DNA of 64,000 nucleotides from Candidatus Poribacteria bacterium (GCA_965198235.1 OZ240248.1:640001-704000); one strand, 5' to 3'. Counted from the stretch's first letter, positions 8,695-19,556 are shown. Notes: a model not told the origin generated them from the letters alone. Numbers and translations are program-made.

Positions 8695-9774
8695 ATGGCA
8701 TTAAAAGTTGGCGTTGTCGGCATGAGTGGGATTGGCAATAATCATGCGAACTGTCACGCGAATGACGACTTAGCGGAACTGGTTGCGGTGTGCGATATCG
8801 TAAAAGAACGCGCAGACAGCGCAGCAGAACGTCTCGGTGTAAAGGCATACTACAGCGTAGCTGATATGATTGATGGCGAACCCGACTTGGACATCGTTGA
8901 TGTCGGCACCGGTGGAAATGAGAACGGGAGTTGGCACTATGAACCGACGATGGAGGCGTTGGAAAAGGGCAAACATGTACTCGTTGAGAAACCGATTTCA
9001 AACGATATCGGACAGGCTCGGGAGATGGTAGCGAAAGCGACGGAAGAGGACCTGTATCTCGGTTGTAATCTGAATCACTATTTTACGCCGCCTGCGGAGC
9101 AAGCGAAGCAATACATTGACGATGGACACATCGGGGAGATGGTTTACTGTCTTCACAAAATGGGGTTTGCTGGTGGTGAATTCAACTATAGTTACTCAAA
9201 AGCTCCTCGGTCAGATGGATTCCCCTATTTTCATGTGAAAGCCTTCTTGTCCCACCCCTTCAGTGTGATGCGTCATTTCTGTGGCGATGTAACACACGTT
9301 CAAGCCTTTATGGAGCGCCCTCATTTTAGGCGCGACACCGGGGATCTGATGGTCTCCATTAACGGCATCCATCTCCGGTTTGAGAACGGGTGTATCGGTT
9401 ACTTGCTCAGCCAGCGTGGTGATGCTACATTCGGTCTTGGGGGTTGGTGGAGTGTTGAGCTCGCAGGCACACGTGGTACCTTCTGCATTGAAAACTGCAT
9501 CGAGAAGGTGACCTATTGGCCCTCCCCTGGAGCCCCTGATTTCTCTGGTGAGCCTATTGTCACGGAGTCCGGTATCAGCGACTTCGGTCAGACCTTCCCG
9601 CTGAGAATTCATGCGTTCTTAGAAGACATTACGAACGGCGTTCCCAGAGAGCAGTTACGTGCCTCCGGCAGAGATGCACTCGCGGCACTTGAGTATACTT
9701 GGGCGGCGATGGAGTCTTATGAGCAGGGCGGTATCTTGGTGCGTCCACATCCGCTTCCGTCATTAAAGGGATAA
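8695..9774 (+). CDS. Gfo/Idh/MocA family oxidoreductase
   Basis: KVGVVGMSGIG; GKHVLVEKP motif; AGGA RBS. Confidence 0.92.
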   Translation: MALKVGVVGMSGIGNNHANCHANDDLAELVAVCDIVKERADSAAERLGVKAYYSVADMIDGEPDLDIVDVGTGGNENGSWHYEPTMEALEKGKHVLVEKPISNDIGQAREMVAKATEEDLYLGCNLNHYFTPPAEQAKQYIDDGHIGEMVYCLHKMGFAGGEFNYSYSKAPRSDGFPYFHVKAFLSHPFSVMRHFCGDVTHVQAFMERPHFRRDTGDLMVSINGIHLRFENGCIGYLLSQRGDATFGLGGWWSVELAGTRGTFCIENCIEKVTYWPSPGAPDFSGEPIVTESGISDFGQTFPLRIHAFLEDITNGVPREQLRASGRDALAALEYTWAAMESYEQGGILVRPHPLPSLKG

Positions 9775-9827
9775 TTGTCGTAAAGTGGGTGGTGCAATAT
9801 CTGCCCCTACAGAAGGAGAAACCACAT

Positions 9828-10625
9828 TTGAAATTAGGAGCAAATTCGGTACTGTTCGGCGGTTACGATATGGAAACCGCCTTCAAACACATCGCGATGG
9901 CTGGTTATGATGGCATTGAACTTTCAGCGATCGACGGGATGAGTCAGCATCTCGTGCTCGCGAACTGGCAGGAGCTTGCTGCCGACATCAAACGGTTCGC
10001 GAAAGAATACGAACTCGACCTATTGGCAATGGAACAACCCTCGCGTGATCCAGAACGAATGGAGCTTGCCTTCCAAGCCGCAGCTGAGATAGGCATCCCC
10101 GTTATTAACTGCGGTCCTGGCGGTGCATCGGACGATGAGTCTGCGTGGCCCGAGGTGATTGATTCATTGGGCAGTCTCTCCGAACGTGCGGAACACTACG
10201 GCGTGACGCTCTGTGTCAAGGCACATGTGGGCGCGAGCATCTATAACACTCCGACGACACTTCGCATCATGGAAGCGATTTCGTCCCCGGCGTTTGGAAT
10301 CGATATGGATCCGTCTCATATTCATCGTGCAGATGAGAATCCTGTGGAGGCGATTGCTGCGGTGATCTCGCGCGTGAAACATGTACATATTCGAGACTGC
10401 AAAGGTACACAACGCGGTCCCGGCGATCCTGAATTGCAGGCAAACGGACGCGGTGACATCGACCTCGTCGGCTACATCCGGGTTTTACATGAAAACGGTT
10501 ATATCGGTCCGTTGAACCTTGAGGTCATCGGTGCGAAAGAGTATAGTTTGGCGCAGTGTTGCACGATCGCGGCAGAATCGCGCGGACACATGCAGGCGTG
10601 TTTGCAAGCATGTGGTGCACGTTGA
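9828..10625 (+). CDS. sugar phosphate isomerase/epimerase (AP2Ec/xylose isomerase-like TIM barrel)
   Basis: GYDGIEL, DPSH, HVHIRD and GxGDID..LE motifs; TTG start after AAGGAG. Confidence 0.85.
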   Translation: MKLGANSVLFGGYDMETAFKHIAMAGYDGIELSAIDGMSQHLVLANWQELAADIKRFAKEYELDLLAMEQPSRDPERMELAFQAAAEIGIPVINCGPGGASDDESAWPEVIDSLGSLSERAEHYGVTLCVKAHVGASIYNTPTTLRIMEAISSPAFGIDMDPSHIHRADENPVEAIAAVISRVKHVHIRDCKGTQRGPGDPELQANGRGDIDLVGYIRVLHENGYIGPLNLEVIGAKEYSLAQCCTIAAESRGHMQACLQACGAR

Positions 10626-10636
10626 TTCCTGAATAC

Positions 10637-10664
10637 AGTAGGCGGGACATATAGCCTGCCTACT
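10637..10664. terminator. hairpin (GTAG REP-like) between convergent genes
   Basis: AGTAGGCGG...CCTGCCTACT inverted repeat. Confidence 0.5.
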
Positions 10665-10802
10665 TGTGAAATTTTTAAATACATAAGCATGTCTTTTCGA
10701 AGATACCTTACGCCATTTAAAGTAGAAGGACTGAGGAGAAATGCGATGAAAGATAGGAAGCTATAGTGCATTCGGAGCCGCAATGAGAACCAAATTGTCT
10801 TG

Positions 10803-11597
10803 CTACTGAAGTTGGATTTCCGATAACGGAATCCCGCTGTTAAACATCTGTATTGGCGGAATTTCCTCCTCCACTTCTGTCAATCCGCATAGCCACTGCC
10901 ACGTAAGTTCGCCTCTTCGTCGGTCGCGGTAGGATTCTACCTCGGTGACGTAAGGGTGCCTACCGGCATGCTGATAGGGTGGAAGCTCATCGGAATCCCG
11001 CACCCAATCCCGTTTGGGCATTGCGGTACGGAAGTAGGAAAACTTAATCATCCCACGTCTATCGTCATTGAGTTTTGGACCAGCCTTATGCCAGATGCCG
11101 TAGCGTGTCATTGCGACGGTGCCTGCTGGAACGGTGAGCGAGAGTTGCCCGAGAATATCGCCGTAGTGAGCGATAGCCTCGCGATCCACAAGCCGATGGT
11201 GCGATCCGGGCAATATCATCGTCGGTCCATCCTCAATCTTCACCTCTTTCGGGTAGTAGTAGCACTGAAGATGCGTGATACCGTATCCGTATTCCGTGAT
11301 TCCATCGGAGTGCCATGTCTGACCGAGGTGCGCAGCTTCAAAGAGATGATGGTGTGCACTTGTCGGGACGAGGAAATTCTCGCCTAATAGTGAACAGACT
11401 ACACCAGCGACTTCCGGGTGTAATAGGACATTCCGGCGAAACTTATCTGTAAGAACGAAATCGCTGAGATGTCCGCTCTCCATCGATTCACATTCTCGGT
11501 TAAAGTCGGCATCGATGATGCTTTCTAATGTGATATAACCGTTGTGGATAAATTGCATGACTTGGTGGTCATTTAACGTAGGTTTAACGTCAATCAT
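10803..11597 (-). CDS. phytanoyl-CoA dioxygenase (PhyH) family Fe/2OG oxygenase
   Basis: WHSD, GPT..LPGSH and IWH facial-triad motifs. Confidence 0.88.
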   Translation of the reverse strand: MIDVKPTLNDHQVMQFIHNGYITLESIIDADFNRECESMESGHLSDFVLTDKFRRNVLLHPEVAGVVCSLLGENFLVPTSAHHHLFEAAHLGQTWHSDGITEYGYGITHLQCYYYPKEVKIEDGPTMILPGSHHRLVDREAIAHYGDILGQLSLTVPAGTVAMTRYGIWHKAGPKLNDDRRGMIKFSYFRTAMPKRDWVRDSDELPPYQHAGRHPYVTEVESYRDRRRGELTWQWLCGLTEVEEEIPPIQMFNSGIPLSEIQLQ

Positions 11598-11608
11598 TGC
11601 GTTTTCCT

Positions 11609-11968
11609 TTACACGGATTTTTCTAAAATGAACTCAAAAGCGAGATAGGCGTTGTCGACATCCGAAAAATTGTAGAGTTCAGGACGCGGAAATTGGACGA
11701 TCCACCACCCATCGCGAACTGCGTCAAGCACTGATGTATAAGGGACATCTTGCGAGGGAAGGATCGGTTCCTCCGGTGCGGTTGCGTCGTACAATGCCCA
11801 TCCGCCAATCGGTGAGCGCAAATTCGTTGATTTAGAATAGAGATAAAGGATCAGTTGCTTCTTGGAATTCAGAACGGCAGTTACACCGCGCAGGTCAGTC
11901 TCGGTCAACTTGCCTGCCTTAAGTTTTTCGATACAATTGTCGAGCCATTCTTTTATCGTTGGTTTCAC
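11609..11968 (-). CDS. hypothetical protein co-transcribed with PhyH
   Basis: GTG start after GGGAG; PY.SVLDA..DGW.I.QFP motif; ends 11 nt before the PhyH start. Confidence 0.7.
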   Translation of the reverse strand: MKPTIKEWLDNCIEKLKAGKLTETDLRGVTAVLNSKKQLILYLYSKSTNLRSPIGGWALYDATAPEEPILPSQDVPYTSVLDAVRDGWWIVQFPRPELYNFSDVDNAYLAFEFILEKSV

Positions 11969-12219
11969 ACGAATTTCTCCCTTCATTACGGTTATTATCA
12001 TTGTAGCACAAAAGTGAAAAATATGTTATAATAGTTGGAAAATTGATGACTGCAGGCTTTAGTAATGGATTTGAGCAATTTTATAAGCCAGGAACGAATG
12101 GCGAAATTACCCTGCAACAAGTGTTCCACGTTCCTGATTCTTGTTGGACCTTTCAAGAGAGGTCCGATGCTCTAAAAATCGTCCAGTGTTTAATAAAATA
12201 TAAGTGGAGAGGCTGAACT

Positions 12220-13533
12220 GTGGCTAAGAACCGTCCAAATAAACGAAAGAAACGCCTGAAGAAGTCTCCAGAATTCCATAATACAATGGGACTTGCAAAA
12301 GCTTCGAGAGGTCAATACTTGGAAGCAATAGCAGACTATAGCAAGGCGCTCCGTCTCAAGCCGGATTATGTTGAAGCCTACTATAATCGTGGGCTCTCAA
12401 ATATTGAGTTAGAGGAATATGAGGCGGCTGTCAAAGACTTCGATCGAGTCATTAGGTTCAATGCGAAAGATGCTGATGCCTATATCAAACGAGGATTTTC
12501 ACTCATGATGAGTGGCGATGACACTGCCGCTATCGCGGATTGTGATATCGCTATTCACCTGAAACCGGATTCGGCAGAAGCCTACAGTATCCGAGGACTT
12601 GCGAAAGATGAATTGGAACAATATGATGCCGCTATCGCGGATTTTGACGAAGCGATTCGACTCCGGCCGGACCTTGATAAGCTATATTACAATCGAGGAT
12701 TTACAAAGCACCAGATAGGCGACTATGAAGCCGCCATTGCCGATTATAATGAAACGCTCCGCCTAAATCCCACCAATATTGATGCCTATCACAGCCGTGA
12801 ATTTGCAACGAATGAGCTAGAAGACGGGGATCCATTAGGCCCAGATTTAGACTTCCTGAATCTGCTATTGCCTGATGATACTCCAATTTATCTTGAAGAC
12901 TTTGATGAAGAAACTATAGAGGAATATAAGGCAGACGTTGCAGCCGCTACTGAAGCGATACGTTTAAATCCTGAAGACACCGAAGCGTACTACGACCGAG
13001 GGATCGCGCAAGGCTATCTCACTAATTTTGAGGAGGCCATCAGCGACTTTGATGAAGTCATACGGCGAAAACCAGAATGCGCCGAGGCTTATATCGAAAG
13101 AGCATTCATAAAGAATAAACTTGAACAACTCGATGCCGCTATTGCAGACTACGACAAAGCAATACAATTTAAACCGGACTATGCTGAGGCATACTATAAC
13201 CGAGGGCTTGCGAAAGATGGCTTGGAACAACATGATGCCGCTATCGCGGATTTTGACGAAGTGATCCGACTTGATCCAGATTCCGCACTAGCCTACTTTA
13301 CTCGGGGAATGCTGGTTGCCGCGCATGCCGGAGACCCCAGTGAGGAGAACCTCTCACAATACGATACTGCGCTCTCAGATTATGATGAAGCGATTCGACT
13401 CCAACCCGATTTCATACTCGCTTACCTCGCTCGGGGTATGACGAATGCTATGCTTGGGAAGGAGGATGCCGCCAAATTAGACTATGAGAAGGCTCGCCAA
13501 CTTGAAGCGAGTCTGATAGAAATAGAAGAATAA
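12220..13533 (+). CDS. tetratricopeptide repeat protein
   Basis: About 10 repeats of AYYNRG...AIADYD.AI.L.P. Confidence 0.92.
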   Translation: MAKNRPNKRKKRLKKSPEFHNTMGLAKASRGQYLEAIADYSKALRLKPDYVEAYYNRGLSNIELEEYEAAVKDFDRVIRFNAKDADAYIKRGFSLMMSGDDTAAIADCDIAIHLKPDSAEAYSIRGLAKDELEQYDAAIADFDEAIRLRPDLDKLYYNRGFTKHQIGDYEAAIADYNETLRLNPTNIDAYHSREFATNELEDGDPLGPDLDFLNLLLPDDTPIYLEDFDEETIEEYKADVAAATEAIRLNPEDTEAYYDRGIAQGYLTNFEEAISDFDEVIRRKPECAEAYIERAFIKNKLEQLDAAIADYDKAIQFKPDYAEAYYNRGLAKDGLEQHDAAIADFDEVIRLDPDSALAYFTRGMLVAAHAGDPSEENLSQYDTALSDYDEAIRLQPDFILAYLARGMTNAMLGKEDAAKLDYEKARQLEASLIEIEE

Positions 13534-13615
13534 TCAATACCTGCCAATAGCATCAAGAAGATGCAAAAATTGGATACATGTCCTCGGAAGACTTATAAAC
13601 AGAAAGGGATTTATT

Positions 13616-14455
13616 ATGAGACTGGAAGGAAAAGTTGCAATTGTCGCGGGTGCTGCTTGGGGTGGTATTGGGGCGGCGACTGCTTATAGGTTTGCTTGTG
13701 AAGGTGCGAAAGTGGTTGTTAATACGCGCCGCCGCAAGGAAAAACTTGATGAAACTGTCCACCGCATTCAAGATGCTGGCGGACAAGCAGTCTCCGTCAT
13801 GGGCGATGTCGCCGATGAAAAGACTTGGCAGACACTCGTCGAAACCGCCTTGTCGAACTATGGGAAAATAACAACCCTCGTCCATAACGCTGCACATTCT
13901 TACACCAAAAAAGCAATTGAATTCACGATGGAAGAGTGGAATGAAAGTCTTGGCGTGACGCTCGGCGGACCGTGGCTCGGTGCGAAGTATTGTATTCCCG
14001 AAATGATCCGTAATGGTGGCGGTGCCTTGGTCTTTATCTCCACGGTCAACGCTACAATTACAAATCCAGGATTTGGGCTTTACGGTGCCGGAAAGGGTGG
14101 TTTGAACGCCCTAACGCGAAGCATTGCGCTTGATTACGGCAGGGACAGTATCCGTGCGAACGCTATCGCACCCGGACAGATTGTTGGCGAAAGAGGTGAA
14201 GCCTCTCTCGCTGAGGATGCACTCGAAGAACAAGCCTCTCGTGATTGTTATCCAATTGGGCGCTACGGAAAACCCGAAGACATTGCCAATGCTGCGCTTT
14301 TCTTAGCATCTGATGAGGCGGATTTCGTTACTGGAATTGTTTTGACTGCCGATGGTGGCTTGACGCTTCAGTCGCCAGAGGCACTCGTGCGTCCATCCTT
14401 CCGTCTTCGCTGGAGAGATGATATTCTTGTCCCACAGTCCAAAAAGGATGTGTAG
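13616..14455 (+). CDS. SDR family oxidoreductase
   Basis: GAAWGGIG, HNAA, YGAGK, IRANAIAPG motifs. Confidence 0.92.
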   Translation: MRLEGKVAIVAGAAWGGIGAATAYRFACEGAKVVVNTRRRKEKLDETVHRIQDAGGQAVSVMGDVADEKTWQTLVETALSNYGKITTLVHNAAHSYTKKAIEFTMEEWNESLGVTLGGPWLGAKYCIPEMIRNGGGALVFISTVNATITNPGFGLYGAGKGGLNALTRSIALDYGRDSIRANAIAPGQIVGERGEASLAEDALEEQASRDCYPIGRYGKPEDIANAALFLASDEADFVTGIVLTADGGLTLQSPEALVRPSFRLRWRDDILVPQSKKDV

Positions 14456-14532
14456 GGCAAATTCTCGTGTTTACGCCCCTCAATTTTTGTAGAGGCAGGC
14501 ATCCGTGTCTGCTCTGTTTCAGGAGATAGAAA

Positions 14533-15249
14533 ATGTGTGGACGTTTTACCCTCGCAAGCGATGCTGAAGCATTGAAGCAAACTTTCTTCGACTTTGCGGG
14601 ACCAATGAACCTGTCCCGGCGCTACAATATCTCACCGACACAAGACGTGGCTGTTATTGCGAATACGCCGACGGATACGGCGGAACACCCAGAAACTGGA
14701 CAGGTAGAATTCTTTCATTGGGGACTTATTCCATCTTGGGCAAAAGACCCAAAAATCGGAAAGCAAATGATTAATGCGCGTTCGGAAACCCTCTCAGAGA
14801 AACCCTCCTTTCGGAACGCTTACAAACGCAGGCGATGTCTTATTTTGGCAGATGGTTACTACGAATGGAGCAAGATACCCGGGGACAGGCTCAAACAACC
14901 GGTGTACATTCGTCTCAAATCGCAGAAGCCGTTTGCGATCGCAGGGTTATGGGAGATATGGCAGGCAGACGGAATGGATGAACCACTCCGCTCCTGTACT
15001 ATTATTACATGCCCGCCCAATTCCTTATTGGAGGAAATTCATCATAGAATGCCTGTAATTCTACCGCAAAACGCTTATGCGGAGTGGCTTGCACCGAATC
15101 AACAATCGGCAGACATCCTTCAATCGCTTCTTGTTCCCTACCTTGATGAGGAGATGGAAGCATACCCGGTGTCAAAGTTCGTCAATCGTCCCACGAATGA
15201 TTCGCCGGAATGTATCGCGCCCTTTGAAGTTTCACAATTCTTGAACTGA
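14533..15249 (+). CDS. SOS response-associated peptidase (SRAP/YedK, abasic-site crosslinking)
   Basis: N-terminal MCGRF; INARSET; GYYEW; IHHRMPVIL. Confidence 0.93.
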   Translation: MCGRFTLASDAEALKQTFFDFAGPMNLSRRYNISPTQDVAVIANTPTDTAEHPETGQVEFFHWGLIPSWAKDPKIGKQMINARSETLSEKPSFRNAYKRRRCLILADGYYEWSKIPGDRLKQPVYIRLKSQKPFAIAGLWEIWQADGMDEPLRSCTIITCPPNSLLEEIHHRMPVILPQNAYAEWLAPNQQSADILQSLLVPYLDEEMEAYPVSKFVNRPTNDSPECIAPFEVSQFLN

Positions 15250-15313
15250 ATGCCTATGAAACTGGCAAAACGTCTTTAACGCTTGTACCAAGACAGAAAA
15301 TAGGAAAGGAATT

Positions 15314-16300
15314 ATGTCAAAACCGAGTAAAGATCAGATGCTTTACATGTATCGTAAGATGTTAGAGATTCGTCAATTTGAAGAAGCCGCTGGAACGCTT
15401 TATCAGAGTGGTCAGCTTCCCGGTTTCTTGCATCTTTATATTGGTGAAGAAGCGACAGCAGTCGGGGTTTGCGCCCACTTGCAAGATGAGGATTACATTA
15501 CGAGTACACACCGTGGTCACGGTCATCTTATTGCGAAGGGTGGCAAACGCGACCGGATGATGGCGGAGTTGTTCGCACGTACGACCGGCTATTGTAAAGG
15601 CAAAGGAGGTTCGATGCATATCGCCGATAAAGAGACCGGTATTTTGGGTGCCAACGGCGTTGTCGGGGCAGGAATTCCGCTCGCGGCGGGTGCCGGACTC
15701 TCTGCTAAACTTCGTGGCACAAAGCAGGTCGCAGTGTCTTTCTTTGGTGATGGTGCGACGAACCAAGGCGTGTTCCATGAAACGCTCAACCTCGCTGCCG
15801 TATGGGAATTACCTGTCATCTTTGTGTGTGAAAACAACCGATTCGGCATGGGAACGCCGCAACGAGAGCATCAGCGGGTAGTGGATATTGCTGCTGTCCG
15901 TGCCCCTGCCTACGATATGCCGGGTATTACCGTTGATGGGAACGATGTCCTCAAGGTTTACGCTGCTGCGGACGAAGCCGTCACACGCGCACGCAAAGGC
16001 GGTGGACCGACGCTCCTCAACTGCGATACTTACAGATTCCGCGGGCATCACATCGGTGATCCGGGGACATCTTACCGCGACCGCGAGGAAGTTCAAGAGC
16101 AAGAACGGCAACGCGATCCTATTCGGAGACTCACCCAGGTCCTCATCGAAGAAGAGGGTATGAGCCAAGACGAACTCTCGGCACTTGAGACCGAACTCGC
16201 AAACGAACTTGAGGAGGCACTTGAGTTCGCCAAGAATAGCCCGGAGCCACTTCCAGAAGACGCTTTGGACGATCTTTATGCCGGTTCTATTCAGCCGTGA
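15314..16300 (+). CDS. TPP-dependent pyruvate/acetoin dehydrogenase E1 alpha subunit
   Basis: STHRGHGH, GKGGSMH, GDGA...NN TPP motif, YRFRGHH. Confidence 0.92.
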   Translation: MSKPSKDQMLYMYRKMLEIRQFEEAAGTLYQSGQLPGFLHLYIGEEATAVGVCAHLQDEDYITSTHRGHGHLIAKGGKRDRMMAELFARTTGYCKGKGGSMHIADKETGILGANGVVGAGIPLAAGAGLSAKLRGTKQVAVSFFGDGATNQGVFHETLNLAAVWELPVIFVCENNRFGMGTPQREHQRVVDIAAVRAPAYDMPGITVDGNDVLKVYAAADEAVTRARKGGGPTLLNCDTYRFRGHHIGDPGTSYRDREEVQEQERQRDPIRRLTQVLIEEEGMSQDELSALETELANELEEALEFAKNSPEPLPEDALDDLYAGSIQP

Positions 16301-16409
16301 TTGTCATTAAGCCTATCATTGAACGCTTCACAGCTGCTGGGCGAGAGAAACATCCAAGCAAAACACCTCGCCCGTTCTCAAATGGACAGATGGTAGGGAG
16401 GTTTCAAAT

Positions 16410-17372
16410 ATGCATAGCACACCTACGACAAGAGAGATGTCTCCCTCAGAACTCTCGGAATGCAGAGAAAACCTCAAACGCCGATGGGAAAATCGTCGGG
16501 TTGACAAAGCGTTGCTTCAACGCGCATGGGAAACTGCACATCGCGTCGCCACCGTACTCTATCAAGACTTTGGTGCAGCGAAAGTTGCCGTTTTCGGTTC
16601 TCTCGCTGAACGGGAAGGGTTCACAAAAGTATCGGACATTGACATTGCTGTCTGGGGACTATCAGATGCCCAGTGTCGTGACGCTCGTTGGGAAATTGCT
16701 GACTTGTGCCTTGAGTTCAAGATTGACCTAATTAATTTTGACGAATCCACAGGACTTTTCCGCGAGCGAGTGAAGCATCAAGCGATTCCTTTTAAAAATG
16801 GCGACGAGGGCATAGAGAGGCAGGCCCCTTATGAACATCATCTCCCAACTATTCCTGCTCGAAACGGAGCAATTTACGAGATGAATCAAATCAAACTCAT
16901 CCAACGCATCACAGATGAACGTGCGAAAATAGAGCGGGTCATTAGTAGCATTACAGAACTATTGCGAGAAATTGAAGTAGCTGTGCCTCGCCATAGAAAA
17001 TTCTTTGAAGAGTTAACTGCTAAAAAACTCGCTGAGGTTTACAGTGGCACTGAGCGAATTTTTGAACGGATTGCCCATGAGGTAGATATGCACACGCCCA
17101 GGGGGAGTCAGTGGCATAACAACCTACTTAAACAAATGGCAGAACGACGACCAGAACGCCCTCCCGTGATTTCCGAGAAAACCTTGCCGAGATTAAAAGA
17201 ACTTTTAGATTTCCGACACAAAGTCAATAACATTTACGGAGACGAGCTGATTTACGCGAAAGCCGAGGAACATGCAAAGCCAATTGAGGCACTATTTGCA
17301 ATCGTTTCTGAAGAGTTGGATACGTTTATCGCTTTTCTAACCGAACCCCGCGAGTCAGATGAGAAACGATGA
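16410..17372 (+). CDS. fused MNT nucleotidyltransferase + HEPN (HepT-like) protein
   Basis: FGS-x10-DID MNT motif; C-terminal ERIF..IA, WH..LL and FRHKVNNIY HEPN-type motifs. Confidence 0.8.
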   Translation: MHSTPTTREMSPSELSECRENLKRRWENRRVDKALLQRAWETAHRVATVLYQDFGAAKVAVFGSLAEREGFTKVSDIDIAVWGLSDAQCRDARWEIADLCLEFKIDLINFDESTGLFRERVKHQAIPFKNGDEGIERQAPYEHHLPTIPARNGAIYEMNQIKLIQRITDERAKIERVISSITELLREIEVAVPRHRKFFEELTAKKLAEVYSGTERIFERIAHEVDMHTPRGSQWHNNLLKQMAERRPERPPVISEKTLPRLKELLDFRHKVNNIYGDELIYAKAEEHAKPIEALFAIVSEELDTFIAFLTEPRESDEKR

Positions 17373-19290
17373 ACGCCCGAAATCGCACGGTGTCACATGG
17401 AAGTCTATTGCTATTACACTCGTACTGATTCCGTTTAATTTCTATTGGATCATTGCGGGCGAAGTCGGGCTTGTCGGTTATGCGCTGAATACTTACGCCG
17501 TGCCGTTTTACAACGTCGTCTTCGTCGTGTTTGCTTTCACACTTCTCAATCTTGCGGTCCGCCGTCGTTTATTCACCGATGCGGAACTCCTTACGATATA
17601 CATCCTACTCAGCACGGCGTGCGCTTTCCCATCTATTACGCTGATGACGATTCTCGTCACGACCGTCGGGCACGCCTTCTGGTTCGCAACCCCCGAAAAT
17701 GAATGGAAACAGCTCTTCTGGGATTACCTTCCGAGATGGCTTCTTGTCGATGATCCAAAAGCACTGGCAGGATATTACAAGGGTGAATCCGATCTCTCCA
17801 CACTGGATATTCTCGGCACTTGGGTAGTACCGACGCTATCTTGGGCAGGGTTTATGACGGTCCTGGTCCTCGTGATGTTGTGTATCAACGTCATCTTGCG
17901 GAAGCAGTGGGTGGAACGCGAACGGCTTGCCTATCCGATCACGCAGATTGCGTTTCATGTCACCCACAGCACGAAATCGCTGTTTTCGCACCGCATCACA
18001 TGGATCGGATTCGGAATTGCAGCGTCTATAGCGATTCTCAACGGCTTTAGCTTTCTGTATCCGACGCTTCCTACCTTACCGATTAAACGAATCGGTGGCT
18101 GGCGAGGGTTTGGACACCTGTTCACAGAAAAACCGTGGAACGCTATCGGTGGCATCAGTATGTCTTATTACCCGTTCGTTATCGGACTTGGGTTGTTGAT
18201 GCCGCTCGACCTATCGTTCTCCAGTTGGTTTTTCTTTATTTTCTACAAGGCACAATTAGTTTTAGCAAGTGCCGCTGGCTTGTCCAGTCTGCCCGGATTT
18301 CCCTATATTGATAGACAATGCTTCGGTGCCGCCATCGGGATTTTCATCTCTGTCGTAGTGCTGAACCTACGCCACTTTCGCGGTGTCCTTCGTATCGCAC
18401 GTCACCGCACAGGTGAGGATGCCAACGAACCGATTTCCTACAGGCTTGCTCTCTGGGGCATCGTTGTCGGACTTGCAATACTCTTTATTTTTTCCAAACG
18501 CATCGGTATGTCCCTCTGGCTGATCCCGCTGTTTTTTGCTATCTATTTCATCATCGTTTCGGTGCTGACGCGGATGCGGGCAGAGCAGGGGTTTCCCGTG
18601 CATGCGATGGAAAATATGCCGAATCATCATATCCTCGTTGACGGTTTCGGCACACGGATACTGGGCACAAACAACCTCGTTGCTCTGACCCTCTACCGTT
18701 GGTTTAATCGGAGTTACACGAGCAATCCGATGCCGCACCAGTTAGAGGGCTTCAAACTCTCGGAACGCTCTGGAATTGCACCGAGGCGATTGTTCTTCGC
18801 TCTGTTAGGAGTTTCAGCGTTCGCTGCCGTAATGGTGTTCGGCGTTATCCTCTATATCTTCTATACCTATGGTGCTTTGAACATGAGTGGTGGCAGCGGT
18901 TGGGCAACCGGTTTCGGTGGGCGCGTCTTTAACGGACTCCAACGTTGGATCTATTACCCTACCGAACCAAATCTCTATGCCACTGGCGGTATCGTGTTTG
19001 GCTTACTCTTTTCAACGCTGTTGATGTTTATGCGGGCGCGTTTCTTCTGGTGGCCCTTTCATCCGATCGGATTTGTCGTTTCGAGCGATTGGGGCATGCG
19101 GTATTTATGGAGTTGCATGCTGGTGAGTTCGATTATCAAGTGGACAGTCTTAAAGATTAGTGGTCCACGAGCATCGCAGCAGTTGATAATGTTCGCGATT
19201 GGGCTGATGTTAGGTGATTTCACTGTCGGTGGTATTTGGAGTCTTGTTAGCGTTGTGACACAACAGCCGATGTATAATTTCTGGCCATAG
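17359..19290 (+). CDS. large multi-pass membrane protein (DUF6785/DUF6784-like, OPT-like transporter)
   Basis: About 16 hydrophobic segments; QW.ERERLAYP, R.RAE.G and WWPFHPIG motifs. Confidence 0.75.
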   Translation: MRNDERPKSHGVTWKSIAITLVLIPFNFYWIIAGEVGLVGYALNTYAVPFYNVVFVVFAFTLLNLAVRRRLFTDAELLTIYILLSTACAFPSITLMTILVTTVGHAFWFATPENEWKQLFWDYLPRWLLVDDPKALAGYYKGESDLSTLDILGTWVVPTLSWAGFMTVLVLVMLCINVILRKQWVERERLAYPITQIAFHVTHSTKSLFSHRITWIGFGIAASIAILNGFSFLYPTLPTLPIKRIGGWRGFGHLFTEKPWNAIGGISMSYYPFVIGLGLLMPLDLSFSSWFFFIFYKAQLVLASAAGLSSLPGFPYIDRQCFGAAIGIFISVVVLNLRHFRGVLRIARHRTGEDANEPISYRLALWGIVVGLAILFIFSKRIGMSLWLIPLFFAIYFIIVSVLTRMRAEQGFPVHAMENMPNHHILVDGFGTRILGTNNLVALTLYRWFNRSYTSNPMPHQLEGFKLSERSGIAPRRLFFALLGVSAFAAVMVFGVILYIFYTYGALNMSGGSGWATGFGGRVFNGLQRWIYYPTEPNLYATGGIVFGLLFSTLLMFMRARFFWWPFHPIGFVVSSDWGMRYLWSCMLVSSIIKWTVLKISGPRASQQLIMFAIGLMLGDFTVGGIWSLVSVVTQQPMYNFWP

Positions 19291-19319
19291 AGAACAGCAT
19301 TGCCCTCTTGCATCAATAA

Positions 19320-19556
19320 TTAGGGCCCCATCACCATGACTGGGACAGATATTCTCTCGGGTGCAGTGTCACTGTTCTGAGCCATCGTATCAAGTCGATC
19401 CAACGTCGCAGCTGCATAATACCGCTGACCGCACTCTTGGCAGACACCTACTGGTACATCTTTAATGATTACTAATTTGCCTTCATACCAGTGATCCACG
19501 GTAACTTTCTTCTGGCGAATTTCACCACTGCAATATTCACATTCAGACGCTTTCAT
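19320..19556 (-). CDS. YgiT/MqsA-type zinc-finger protein (antitoxin-like)
   Basis: CEYC...VPVGVCQECGQRYY; start overlaps the upstream stop. Confidence 0.85.
   Translation of the reverse strand: MKASECEYCSGEIRQKKVTVDHWYEGKLVIIKDVPVGVCQECGQRYYAAATLDRLDTMAQNSDTAPERISVPVMVMGP

Noticed and set aside
12060-12170. Riboswitch upstream of the TPR gene
   Set aside because: Two stems are present (CAGGAACG/CGTTCCTG, GGACCT/AGGTCC) but no known aptamer consensus is recognisable
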